Source: the human T2T-CHM13v2.0 reference genome, Homo sapiens. Taken from it: a stretch of 64,000 nt of DNA. The notes beneath the pieces were generated by a model. It ran no database searches, was not told the origin of the DNA, and saw nothing but the letters and a program-made list of their open reading frames with translations. Shown piece after piece: positions 1-11,772 of the stretch. The position numbers and the translations under genes are program-made. The stretch's first letter is position 1. Each line of letters opens with the position of its first letter. The stretch lies in NCBI RefSeq assembly GCF_009914755.1, contig NC_060928.1. One strand, 5' to 3'.

Positions 1-168
1 CGGGGAGAAAGGAAATATCTTCAAATAAAAACTAGACAGAAGGATTCTCAGAAACTTATTTGTGATGTGTGTCCTAAACGAACACAGTTGAACCTTTGTT
101 TTGATACAGCATTTTGGAAACACTCCTTTTGTAGGATCTGCAGGTGGATATTTGGATAGATTTTAAGA

Positions 169-3079
169 TTTCGTTGGAAACGGGAGTTTCTTCATAGAAA
201 CTCAAGACAGATGCATTCTCAGAAACATCTCTGTGATGTTTGCATTCCACTCATAGAGTTGAAAACTTCCTTTCATAGAGCAGGTTTGAAACACTCTTTT
301 TGTAATATTTGGAAGTGGACATTTGCAGCGCTTTGAGGCCTATGGTGAAAAAGGAAATATCTTCTCATAAAAACCAGAAACAAGCATTCTCAGAAACTTC
401 TTTTTGATGTGTGTACTCAAGTAACAGAGTTGAACCTTCCTTTTGACACAGCAGTTTTGAAACAATCTTTTTGTAGAATCTGCAAGTGGATATTTGGATA
501 GCTTTGAGGATTTCGTTGGAAACGGGATATCTTCATATAAAATCTAGACAGAAGCATTCTCAGAAACTTCTTTGTGCTGTATGTCCTCAATTAACAGAGT
601 TGAACCATTGCTTGGATACAGCATTTTGGAAACATTCCTTGAGTAGAATCTGCAAGTTGATATTTAGATAGATTTGAAGATTTCGTTGGAAAAGGGAATA
701 TCTCCATAGAAAATCTAGAGGGAAGCATTCTCAGAAACTGCTTTGTGATGTTTCCATTCAAGTCACAGAGTTGAATATTCCCTTTTATAGAGCACGTTTG
801 AAACACTCTTTCTGCACTATCTGGAAGTGGACATTTCGAGCGCTTTGAGGCCTATGGTGAAAAAGGAAATATCTTCCCATAAAAACTAGACAGAAGCATT
901 CTCAGAAACTTGTTTGTGATGTGTGTATTCAACTAACAGAGTTGAACTTTTGTTTTTACAGAGCCGTTTTAAAACACTCTTTTTGTGGAATCAGAAAGTG
1001 GATATTCGGATGGCTCTGAGGATTTCGTTGGAAGCGGGATTACATATAAAATCTAGAGAGAAGCATTCTCAGGAACTTCTTTGTGATGTTTGCATTGAAG
1101 TCACAGAATTGAACATTCACTTTGATAGAGCAGGTTTGAAACACTCATTCTGTAGTATCTGGAAGTGGACATTTCAAGCGCTTTCAGGCCTATGGTGAGA
1201 AAGGAAATATCTTCGAATAAAAACTAGACAGAAGCATCCTCAGAAACTTATTTGTGATGTGTGTCCTCAACTAACAGAGTTGAAACTTTGTTTTGATACA
1301 GCATTTTGGAAACACTCTTTTTGTAGAATCTGCAGGTGGATATTTGGATAGCTTAGAGGGATTCGTTGGAAAGGGGATATCTTCATATAAAATCTAGACA
1401 GAAGCATTCTCAGAAACTTATTTGTGATGTGTGTCCTCAACTAACAGAGTTGAACCTTGGTTTTGATACAGCATTTTGGAAACGCTCCTTTTGTAGAATC
1501 TGCAGGTGGATATGTGGATAGCTCTGAAGATTTCGTTGGAAACGGGAATTTCTTCATATAAAATCAAACAGAAGCATTCTCAGAAACTTCTCAGTGATGT
1601 TTGCATTCAGCTCATGGAGTTGAACACTTCCTTTCATAGAGCCGGTTTGAAACACTCTTTCTGCACTACCTGGAAGAGGACATTTCGAGCGCTTTGAGTC
1701 CTATGGTGAAAAAGGAAATATCTTCTCATAAAAACCAGAAAGAAGCATTCTCAGAAACTTCTTTGTGTTGTGTGTACTCATGTAACAGTGTTGAACCATC
1801 CTTTTGACAGAGCAGTTTTGAAACACTCTTTTTGTAGAATCTGCAAGTGGATATTTGGATAGCTTTGAGGATTTCGTTGGAAACGGGATGACATATAATA
1901 TCTAGAGAGAAGCATACTCAGGAACTTCTTTGTGATGTTTGCATTCAAGTCACAGAATTGAACATTCCCTTTCATAGAGCAGGTTTGAAACACTCTTTCT
2001 CTAGTATCTGGAAGTGGGCATTTCAAGCGCTTTCAGGCCTATGGAGAGAAAGGAAATACCTTCAAATAAAAACTAGACAGAAGCATTCTCAGAAACTTAT
2101 TTGTGATGTGTGTCCTCAACTAACAGAGTTGAACCTTTGTTTTGATACAGCATTTTGGAAACACTCCTTTTGTAGAATCTGCAGGTGGATATTTGGATAA
2201 CTTTGAAGATTTCGTTGGAAACCGGAATATCTTCATATAAAATCAAGACAGAAGCATTCTCGGAAACATCTCTGTGATGTTTGCATTCAACTCAGTAGAG
2301 TTGAACACTTCCTTTCATAGAGCAGGTTTGAAACACTCTTTCTGCACTACCTGGAAGCGGACATTTCGAGCGCTTTGAGGCCTATGGTGAAAAAGGAAAT
2401 ATCTTCTCATAAAAACCAGAAAGAAGCATTCTCAGAAACTTCTTTGTGTTGTGTGTACTCAAGTAACAGTGTTGAACCTTCCTTTTGACACAGCAGTTTT
2501 GAAACACTCTTTTGGTAGAATCTGCAAGTGGATATTTGGATAGCTTTGAGGATTTCGTTGGAAACGGGTTATCTTCATATAAAATCCAGACAGGAGCATT
2601 CTCAGAAACTTCTTTGTGCTGCATGTCCTCAATTCACAGAGCTGAACCTTTGTTTGGATACAGCATTTTGGAAACATTCCTTTAGTAGAATCTGCAAGTT
2701 GATATTTAGATAGCTTTGAAGATTTCGTTGGAAACGGGAATATCTTCATAGAAAATCTAGACGGAAGCATTCTCAGAAACTGCTTTGTGATGTTTGCATT
2801 CAAGTCACAGAGTTGAATATTCCCTTTTATAGAGTAGGTTTGAAACACTCTTTCGGCACTACCTGGAAGTGGATATTTCGAGCTCTTTGAGGCCTATGGT
2901 TAAAAGGAAATATCTTCCCATAAAAACTAGACAGAAGCCGTCTCAGAAACTTGTTTGTGATGTGTGTATTCAACTACCAGAGTTGAACATTTCTGTTACA
3001 GAGCAATTTTAAAACACTCTTTTTGTGGAATCTGAAAGTGGATAATTGGATAGCTTTGTGGATTTCGTTGGAAACGGGA
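169..3079 (+). promoter_or_regulatory. CENP-B boxes of one canonical HOR: 8 intact, repeated in every unit
   Basis: Matches to the core NTTCGNNNNANNCGGGN at 169-185, 511-527, 1023-1039, 1531-1547, 1872-1888, 2553-2569, 2723-2739 and 3063-3079. Confidence 0.93.
681..2226 (+). promoter_or_regulatory. Three degenerate CENP-B boxes fixed in the HOR (m4, m8, m13)
   Basis: 681-697 TTTCGTTGGAAAAGGGA, 1361-1377 ATTCGTTGGAAAGGGGA and 2210-2226 TTTCGTTGGAAACCGGA each break the essential CGGG. Confidence 0.88.
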
Positions 3080-3274
3080 TGACGTATAAAATCTAGAGAG
3101 AAGCATTCTCAGGAACTTCTTTCTGATGTTTGCATTCAAGTCACAGAATTGAACATTCCTTTTCATAGTGCAGGTTTGAAACACTCTTTCTGTAGTATCT
3201 GGAAGTGGACATTTCAAGCGCTTTCAGGCCTACGGGGAGAAAGGAAATATCTTCAAATAAAAACTAGACAGAAG

Positions 3275-6200
3275 GATTCTCAGAAACTTATTTGTGATGT
3301 GTGTCCTAAACGAACACAGTTGAACCTTTGTTTAGATACAGCATTTTGGAAACACTCCTTTTGTAGGATCTGCAGGTGGATATTTGGATAGATTTTAAGA
3401 TTTCGTTGGAAACGGGAGTTTCTTCATAGAAACTCAAGACAGATGCATTCTCAGAAACATCTCTGTGATGTTTGCATTCCACTCATAGAGTTGAAAACTT
3501 CCTTTCATAGAGCAGGTTTGAAACACTCTTTTTGTAATATTTGGAAGTGGACATTTGCAGCGCTTTGAGGCCTATGGTGAAAAAGGAAATATCTTCTCAT
3601 AAAAACCAGAAACAAGCATTCTCAGAAACTTCTTTTTGATGTGTGTACTCAAGTAACAGAGTTGAACCTTCCTTTTGACACAGCAGTTTTGAAACAATCT
3701 TTTTGTAGAATCTGCAAGTGGATATTTGGATAGCTTTGAGGATTTCGTTGGAAACGGGATATCTTCATATAAAATCTAGACAGAAGCATTCTCAGAAACT
3801 TCTTTGTGCTGTATGTCCTCAATTAACAGAGTTGAACCATTGCTTGGATACAGCATTTTGGAAACATTCCTTTAGTAGAATCTGCAAGTTGATATTGAGA
3901 TAGATTTGAAGATTTCGTTGGAAAAGGGAATATCTCCATATAAAATCTAGACGGAAGCATTCTCAGAAACTGCTCTGTGATGTTTCCATTCAAGTCACAG
4001 AGTTGAATATTCCCTTTTATAGAGCACGTTTGAAACACTCTTTCTGCACTATCTGGAAGTGGACATTTCGAGCGCTTTGAGGCCTATGGTGAAAAAGGAA
4101 ATATCTTCCCATAAAAATTAGACAGAAGCATTCTCAGAAACTTGTTTGTGATGTGTGTATTCAACTAACAGAGTTGAACTTTTGTTTTTACAGAGCCGTT
4201 TTAAAACACTCTTTTTGTGGAATCAGAAAGTGGATATTCGGATGGCTCTGAGGATTTCGTTGGAAGCGGGATTACATATAAAATCTAGAGAGAAGCATTC
4301 TCAGGAACTTCTTTGTGATGTTTGCATTGAAGTCACAGAATTGAACATTCACTTTGATAGAGCAGGTTTGAAACACTCATTCTGTAGTATCTGGAAGTGG
4401 ACATTTCAAGCGCTTTCAGGCCTATGGTGAAAAAGGAAATATCTTCGAATAAAAACTAGACAGAAGCATCCTCAGAAACTTATTTGTGATGTGTGTCCTC
4501 AACTAACAGAGTTGAAACTTTGTTTTGATACAGCATTTTGGAAACACTCCTTTTGTAGAATCTGCAGGTGGATATGTGGATAGCTCTGAAGATTTCGTTG
4601 GAAACGGGAATTTCTTCATATAAAATCAAACAGAAGCATTCTCAGAAACTTCTCAGTGATGTTTGCATTCAGCTCATGGAGTTGAACACTTCCTTTCATA
4701 GAGCCGGTTTGAAACACTCTTTCTGCACTACCTGGAAGAGGCCATTTCGAGCGCTTTGAGTCCTATGGTGAAAAAGGAAATATCTTCTCATAAAAACCAG
4801 AAAGAAGCATTCTCAGAAACTTCTTTGTGTTGTGTGTACTCATGTAACAGTGTTGAACCATCCTTTTGACAGAGCAGTTTTGAAACACTCTTTTTGTAGA
4901 ATCTGCAAGTGGATATTTGGATAGCTTTGAGGATTTCGTTGGAAACGGGATGACATATAATATCTAGAGAGAAGCATTCTCAGGAACTTCTTTGTGCTGT
5001 TTGCATTCAAGTCACAGAATTGAACATTCCCTTTCATAGAGCAGATTTGAAACACTCTTTCTCTAGTATCTGGAAGTGGGCATTTCAAGCGCTTTCAGGC
5101 CTATTGAGAGAAAGGAAATACCTTCAAATAAAAACTAGACAGAAGCATTCTCAGAAACTTGTTTGTGATGTGTGTATTCAACTAACAGAGTTGAACTTTT
5201 GTTTTTACAGAGCCGTTTTAAAACACTCTTTTTGTGGAATCAGAAAGTGGATATTCGGATGGCTCTGAGGATTTCGTTGGAAGCGGGATTACATATAAAA
5301 TCTAGAGAGAAGCATTCTCAGGAACTTCTTTGTGATGTTTGCATTGAAGTCACAGAATTGAACATTCACTTTGATAGAGCAGGTTTGAAACACTCATTCT
5401 GTAGTATCTGGAAGTGGACATTTCAAGCGCTTTCAGGCCTATGGTGAGAAAGGAAATATCTTCGAATAAAAACTAGACAGAAGCATCCTCAGAAACTTAT
5501 TTGTGATGTGTGTCCTCAACTAACAGAGTTGAAACTTTGTTTTGATACAGCATTTTGGAAACACTCTTTTTGTAGAATCTGCAGGTGGATATTTGGATAG
5601 CTTAGAGGGATTCGTTGGAAAGGGGATATCTTCACATAAAATCTAGACAGAAGCATTCTCAGAAACTTATTTGTGATGTGTGTCCTCAACTAACAGAGTT
5701 GAACCTTGGTTTTGATACAGCATTTTGGAAACACTCCTTTTGTAGAATCTGCAGGTGGATATGTGGATAGCTCTGAAGATTTCGTTGGAAACGGGAATTT
5801 CTTCATATAAAATCAAACAGAAGCATTCTCAGAAACTTCTCAGTGATGTTTGCATTCAGCTCATGGAGTTGAACACTTCCTTTCATAGAGCCGGTTTGAA
5901 ACACTCTTTCTGCACTACCTGGAAGAGGACATTTCGAGCGCTTTGAGTCCTATGGTGAAAAAGGAAATATCTTCTCATAAAAACCAGAAAGAAGCATTCT
6001 CAGAAACTTCTTTGTGTTGTGTGTACTCATGTAACAGTGTTGAACCATCCTTTTGACAGAGCAGTTTTGAAACACTCTTTTTGTAGAATCTGCAAGTGGA
6101 TATTTGGATAGCTTTGAGGATTTCGTTGGAAACGGGATGACATATAATATCTAGAGAGAAGCATTCTCAGGAACTTCTTTGTGATGTTTGCATTCAAGTC

Positions 6201-7523
6201 ACAGAATTGAACATTCCCTTTCATAGAGCAGGTTTGAAACACTCTTTCTCTAGTATCTGGAAGTGGGCATTTCAAGCGCTTTCAGGCCTATGGAGAGAAA
6301 GGAAATACCTTCAAATAAAAACTAGACAGAAGCATTCTCAGAAACTTATTTGTGATGTGTGTCCTCAACTAACAGAGTTGAACCTTTGTTTTGATACAGC
6401 ATTTTGGAAACACTCCTTTTGTAGAATCTGCAGGTGGATATTTGGATAACTTTGAAGATTTCGTTGGAAACCGGAATATCTTCATATAAAATCAAGACAG
6501 AAGCATTCTCGGAAACATCTCTGTGATGTTTGCATTCAACTCAGTAGAGTTGAACACTTCCTTTCATAGAGCCGGTTTGAAACACTCTTTCTGCACTACC
6601 TGGAAGCGGACATTTCGAGCGCTTTGAGGCCTATGGTGAAAAAGGAAATATCTTCTCATAAAAACCAGAAAGAAGCATTCTCAGAAACTTCTTTGTGTTG
6701 TGTGTACTCAAGTAACAGTGTTGAACCTTCCTTTTGACACAGCAGTTTTGAAACACTCTTTTGGTAGAATCTGCAAGTGGATATTTGGATAGCTTTGAGG
6801 ATTTCGTTGGAAACGGGTTATCTTCATATAAAATCCAGACAGGAGCATTCTCAGAAACTTCTTTGTGCTGCATGTCCTCAATTCACAGAGCTGAACCTTT
6901 GTTTGGATACAGCATTTTGGAAACATTCCTTTAGTAGAATCTGCAAGTTGATATTTAGATAGCTTTGAAGATTTCGTTGGAAACGGGAATATCTTCATAG
7001 AAAATCTAGACGGAAGCATTCTCAGAAACTGCTTTGTGATGTTTGCATTCAAGTCACAGAGTTGAATATTCCCTTTTATAGAGTAGGTTTGAAACACTCT
7101 TTCGGCACTACCTGGAAGTGGATATTTCGAGCTCTGTGAGGCCTATGGTTAAAAGGAAATATCTTCCCATAAAAACTAGACAGAAGCCGTCTCAGAAACT
7201 TGTTTGTGATGTGTGTATTCAACTACCAGAGTTGAACATTTCTGTTACAGAGCAATTTTAAAACACTCTTTTTGTGGAATCTGAAAGTGGATAATTGGAT
7301 ATCTTTGTGGATTTCGTTGGAAACGGGATGACGTATAAAATCTAGAGAGAAGCATTCTCAGGAACTTCTTTCTGATGTTTGCATTCAAGTCACAGAATTG
7401 AACATTCCTTTTCATAGTGCAGGTTTGAAACACTCTTTCTGTAGTATCTGGAAGTGGACATTTCAAGCGCTTTCAGGCCTACGGGGAGAAAGGAAATATC
7501 TTCAAATAAAAACTAGACAGAAG
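3275..7523 (+). repeat. HOR unit 2, 25-mer variant (m1-7, m8/9 hybrid, m10-12, m6-19), 4249 bp
   Basis: Anchor ORF spacing 3718 to 7967 is 4249 = 3232 + 1017. The extra 6-monomer block is 4129-5145, and m6 restarts at 5146. Confidence 0.93.
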
Positions 7524-10500
7524 GATTCTCAGAAACTTATTTGTGATGTGTGTCCTAAACGAACACAGTTGAACCTTTGTTTAGATACAGCATTTTGGAA
7601 ACACTCCTTTTGTAGGATCTGCAGGTGGATATTTGGATAGATTTTAAGATTTCGTTGGAAACGGGAGTTTCTTCATAGAAACTCAAGACAGATGCATTCT
7701 CAGAAACATCTCTGTGATGTTTGCATTCCACTCATAGAGTTGAAAACTTCCTTTCATAGAGCAGGTTTGAAACACTCTTTTTGTAATATTTGGAAGTGGA
7801 CATTTGCAGCGCTTTGAGGCCTATGGTGAAAAAGGAAATATCTTCTCATAAAAACCAGAAACAAGCATTCTCAGAAACTTCTTTTTGATGTGTGTACTCA
7901 AGTAACAGAGTTGAACCTTCCTTTTGACACAGCAGTTTTGAAACAATCTTTTTGTAGAATCTGCAAGTGGATATTTGGATAGCTTTGAGGATTTCGTTGG
8001 AAACGGGATATCTTCATATAAAATCTAGACAGAAGCATTCTCAGAAACTTCTTTGTGCTGTATGTCCTCAATTAACAGAGTTGAACCATTGCTTGGATAC
8101 AGCATTTTGGAAACATTCCTTTAGTAGAATCTGCAAGTTGATATTGAGATAGATTTGAAGATTTCGTTGGAAAAGGGAATATCTCCATATAAAATCTAGA
8201 CGGAAGCATTCTCAGAAACTGCTCTGTGATGTTTCCATTCAAGTCACAGAGTTGAATATTCCCTTTTATAGAGCACGTTTGAAACACTCTTTCTGCACTA
8301 TCTGGAAGTGGACATTTCGAGCGCTTTGAGGCCTATGGTGAAAAAGGAAATATCTTCCCATAAAAATTAGACAGAAGCATTCTCAGAAACTTGTTTGTGA
8401 TGTGTGTATTCAACTAACAGAGTTGAACTTTTGTTTTTACAGAGCCGTTTTAAAACACTCTTTTTGTGGAATCAGAAAGTGGATATTCGGATGGCTCTGA
8501 GGATTTCGTTGGAAGCGGGATTACATATAAAATCTAGAGAGAAGCATTCTCAGGAACTTCTTTGTGATGTTTGCATTGAAGTCACAGAATTGAACATTCA
8601 CTTTGATAGAGCAGGTTTGAAACACTCATTCTGTAGTATCTGGAAGTGGACATTTCAAGCGCTTTCAGGCCTATGGTGAAAAAGGAAATATCTTCGAATA
8701 AAAACTAGACAGAAGCATCCTCAGAAACTTATTTGTGATGTGTGTCCTCAACTAACAGAGTTGAAACTTTGTTTTGATACAGCATTTTGGAAACACTCCT
8801 TTTGTAGAATCTGCAGGTGGATATGTGGATAGCTCTGAAGATTTCGTTGGAAACGGGAATTTCTTCATATAAAATCAAACAGAAGCATTCTCAGAAACTT
8901 CTCAGTGATGTTTGCATTCAGCTCATGGAGTTGAACACTTCCTTTCATAGAGCCGGTTTGAAACACTCTTTCTGCACTACCTGGAAGAGGCCATTTCGAG
9001 CGCTTTGAGTCCTATGGTGAAAAAGGAAATATCTTCTCATAAAAACCAGAAAGAAGCATTCTCAGAAACTTCTTTGTGTTGTGTGTACTCATGTAACAGT
9101 GTTGAACCATCCTTTTGACAGAGCAGTTTTGAAACACTCTTTTTGTAGAATCTGCAAGTGGATATTTGGATAGCTTTGAGGATTTCGTTGGAAACGGGAT
9201 GACATATAATATCTAGAGAGAAGCATTCTCAGGAACTTCTTTGTGCTGTTTGCATTCAAGTCACAGAATTGAACATTCCCTTTCATAGAGCAGATTTGAA
9301 ACACTCTTTCTCTAGTATCTGGAAGTGGGCATTTCAAGCGCTTTCAGGCCTATTGAGAGAAAGGAAATACCTTCAAATAAAAACTAGACAGAAGCATTCT
9401 CAGAAACTTGTTTGTGATGTGTGTATTCAACTAACAGAGTTGAACTTTTGTTTTTACAGAGCCGTTTTAAAACACTCTTTTTGTGGAATCAGAAAGTGGA
9501 TATTCGGATGGCTCTGAGGATTTCGTTGGAAGCGGGATTACATATAAAATCTAGAGAGAAGCATTCTCAGGAACTTCTTTGTGATGTTTGCATTGAAGTC
9601 ACAGAATTGAACATTCACTTTGATAGAGCAGGTTTGAAACACTCATTCTGTAGTATCTGGAAGTGGACATTTCAAGCGCTTTCAGGCCTATGGTGAGAAA
9701 GGAAATATCTTCGAATAAAAACTAGACAGAAGCATCCTCAGAAACTTATTTGTGATGTGTGTCCTCAACTAACAGAGTTGAAACTTTGTTTTGATACAGC
9801 ATTTTGGAAACACTCTTTTTGTAGAATCTGCAGGTGGATATTTGGATAGCTTAGAGGGATTCGTTGGAAAGGGGATATCTTCATATAAAATCTAGACAGA
9901 AGCATTCTCAGAAACTTATTTGTGATGTGTGTCCTCAACTAACAGAGTTGAACCTTGGTTTTGATACAGCATTTTGGAAACACTCCTTTTGTAGAATCTG
10001 CAGGTGGATATGTGGATAGCTCTGAAGATTTCGTTGGAAACGGGAATTTCTTCATATAAAATCAAACAGAAGCATTCTCAGAAACTTCTCAGTGATGTTT
10101 GCATTCAGCTCATGGAGTTGAACACTTCCTTTCATAGAGCCGGTTTGAAACACTCTTTCTGCACTACCTGGAAGAGGACATTTCGAGCGCTTTGAGTCCT
10201 ATGGTGAAAAAGGAAATATCTTCTCATAAAAACCAGAAAGAAGCATTCTCAGAAACTTCTTTGTGTTGTGTGTACTCATGTAACAGTGTTGAACCATCCT
10301 TTTGACAGAGCAGTTTTGAAACACTCTTTTTGTAGAATCTGCAAGTGGATATTTGGATAGCTTTGAGGATTTCGTTGGAAACGGGATGACATATAATATC
10401 TAGAGAGAAGCATACTCAGGAACTTCTTTGTGATGTTTGCATTCAAGTCACAGAATTGAACATTCCCTTTCATAGAGCAGGTTTGAAACACTCTTTCTCT

Positions 10501-11772
10501 AGTATCTGGAAGTGGGCATTTCAAGCGCTTTCAGGCCTATGGAGAGAAAGGAAATACCTTCAAATAAAAACTAGACAGAAGCATTCTCAGAAACTTATTT
10601 GTGATGTGTGTCCTCAACTAACAGAGTTGAACCTTTGTTTTGATACAGCATTTTGGAAACACTCCTTTTGTAGAATCTGCAGGTGGATATTTGGATAACT
10701 TTGAAGATTTCGTTGGAAACCGGAATATCTTCATATAAAATCAAGACAGAAGCATTCTCGGAAACATCTCTGTGATGTTTGCATTCAACTCAGTAGAGTT
10801 GAACACTTCCTTTCATAGAGCAGGTTTGAAACGCTCTTTCTGCACTACCTGGAAGAGGACATTTCGAGCGCTTTGAGGCCTATGGTGAAAAAGGAAATAT
10901 CTTCTCATAAAAACCAGAAAGAAGCATTCTCAGAAACTTCTTTGTGTTGTGTGTACTCAAGTAACAGTGTTGAACCTTCCTTTTGACACAGCAGTTTTGA
11001 AACACTCTTTTGGTAGAATCTGCAAGTGGATATTTGGATAGCTTTGAGGATTTCGTTGGAAACGGGTTATCTTCATATAAAATCCAGACAGGAGCATTCT
11101 CAGAAACTTCTTTGTGCTGCATGTCCTCAATTCACAGAGCTGAACCTTTGTTTGGATACAGCATTTTGGAAACATTCCTTTAGTAGAATCTGCAAGTTGA
11201 TATTTAGATAGCTTTGAAGATTTCGTTGGAAACGGGAATATCTTCATAGAAAATCTAGACGGAAGCATTCTCAGAAACTGCTTTGTGATGTTTGCATTCA
11301 AGTCACAGAGTTGAATATTCCCTTTTATAGAGTAGGTTTGAAACACTCTTTCGGCACTACCTGGAAGTGGATATTTCGAGCTCTTTGAGGCCTATGGTTA
11401 AAAGGAAATATCTTCCCATAAAAACTAGACAGAAGCCGTCTCAGAAACTTGTTTGTGATGTGTGTATTCAACTAACAGAGTTGAACATTTCTGTTACAGA
11501 GCAATTTTAAAACACTCTTTTTGTGGAATCTGAAAGTGGATAATTGGATAGCTTTGTGGATTTCGTTGGAAACGGGATGACGTATAAAATCTAGAGAGAA
11601 GCATTCTCAGGAACTTCTTTGTGATGTTTGCATTCAAGTCACAGAATTGAACATTCCTTTTCATAGTGCAGGTTTGAAACACTCTTTCTGTAGTATCTGG
11701 AAGTGGACATTTCAAGCGCTTTCAGGCCTACGGGGAGAAAGGAAATATCTTCAAATAAAAACTAGACAGAAG
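7524..11772 (+). repeat. HOR unit 3, 25-mer variant, 4249 bp
   Basis: Anchor spacing 7967 to 12216 is 4249. The extra block 8378-9394 has the same junctions and SNVs as unit 2. Confidence 0.93.

Larger units (their letters stand above)
43..3274 (+). repeat. HOR unit 1, canonical 19-mer (reference for monomer numbering)
   Basis: Monomer starts read at 43, 214, 385, 555, 726, 897, 1064, 1235, 1405, 1575, 1746, 1913, 2084, 2255, 2427, 2597, 2768, 2938 and 3104; the next unit starts at 3275. Box-type order is B A B B A B A B B A B A B A B B A B A. Confidence 0.95.

Noticed and set aside
535-545. TATAAAA motifs after CENP-B boxes as TATA promoters or a defined ncRNA
   Set aside because: The motif is part of the monomer consensus. 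Alpha-satellite transcription is known, but sequence alone cannot define a start site or transcript.
835-855. Short palindromes (AGCGCT, AGGCCT, TCTAGA) as possible hairpins or terminators
   Set aside because: They are ordinary consensus alpha-satellite 6-mers present in most monomers, with no locus-specific structure supportable by eye.
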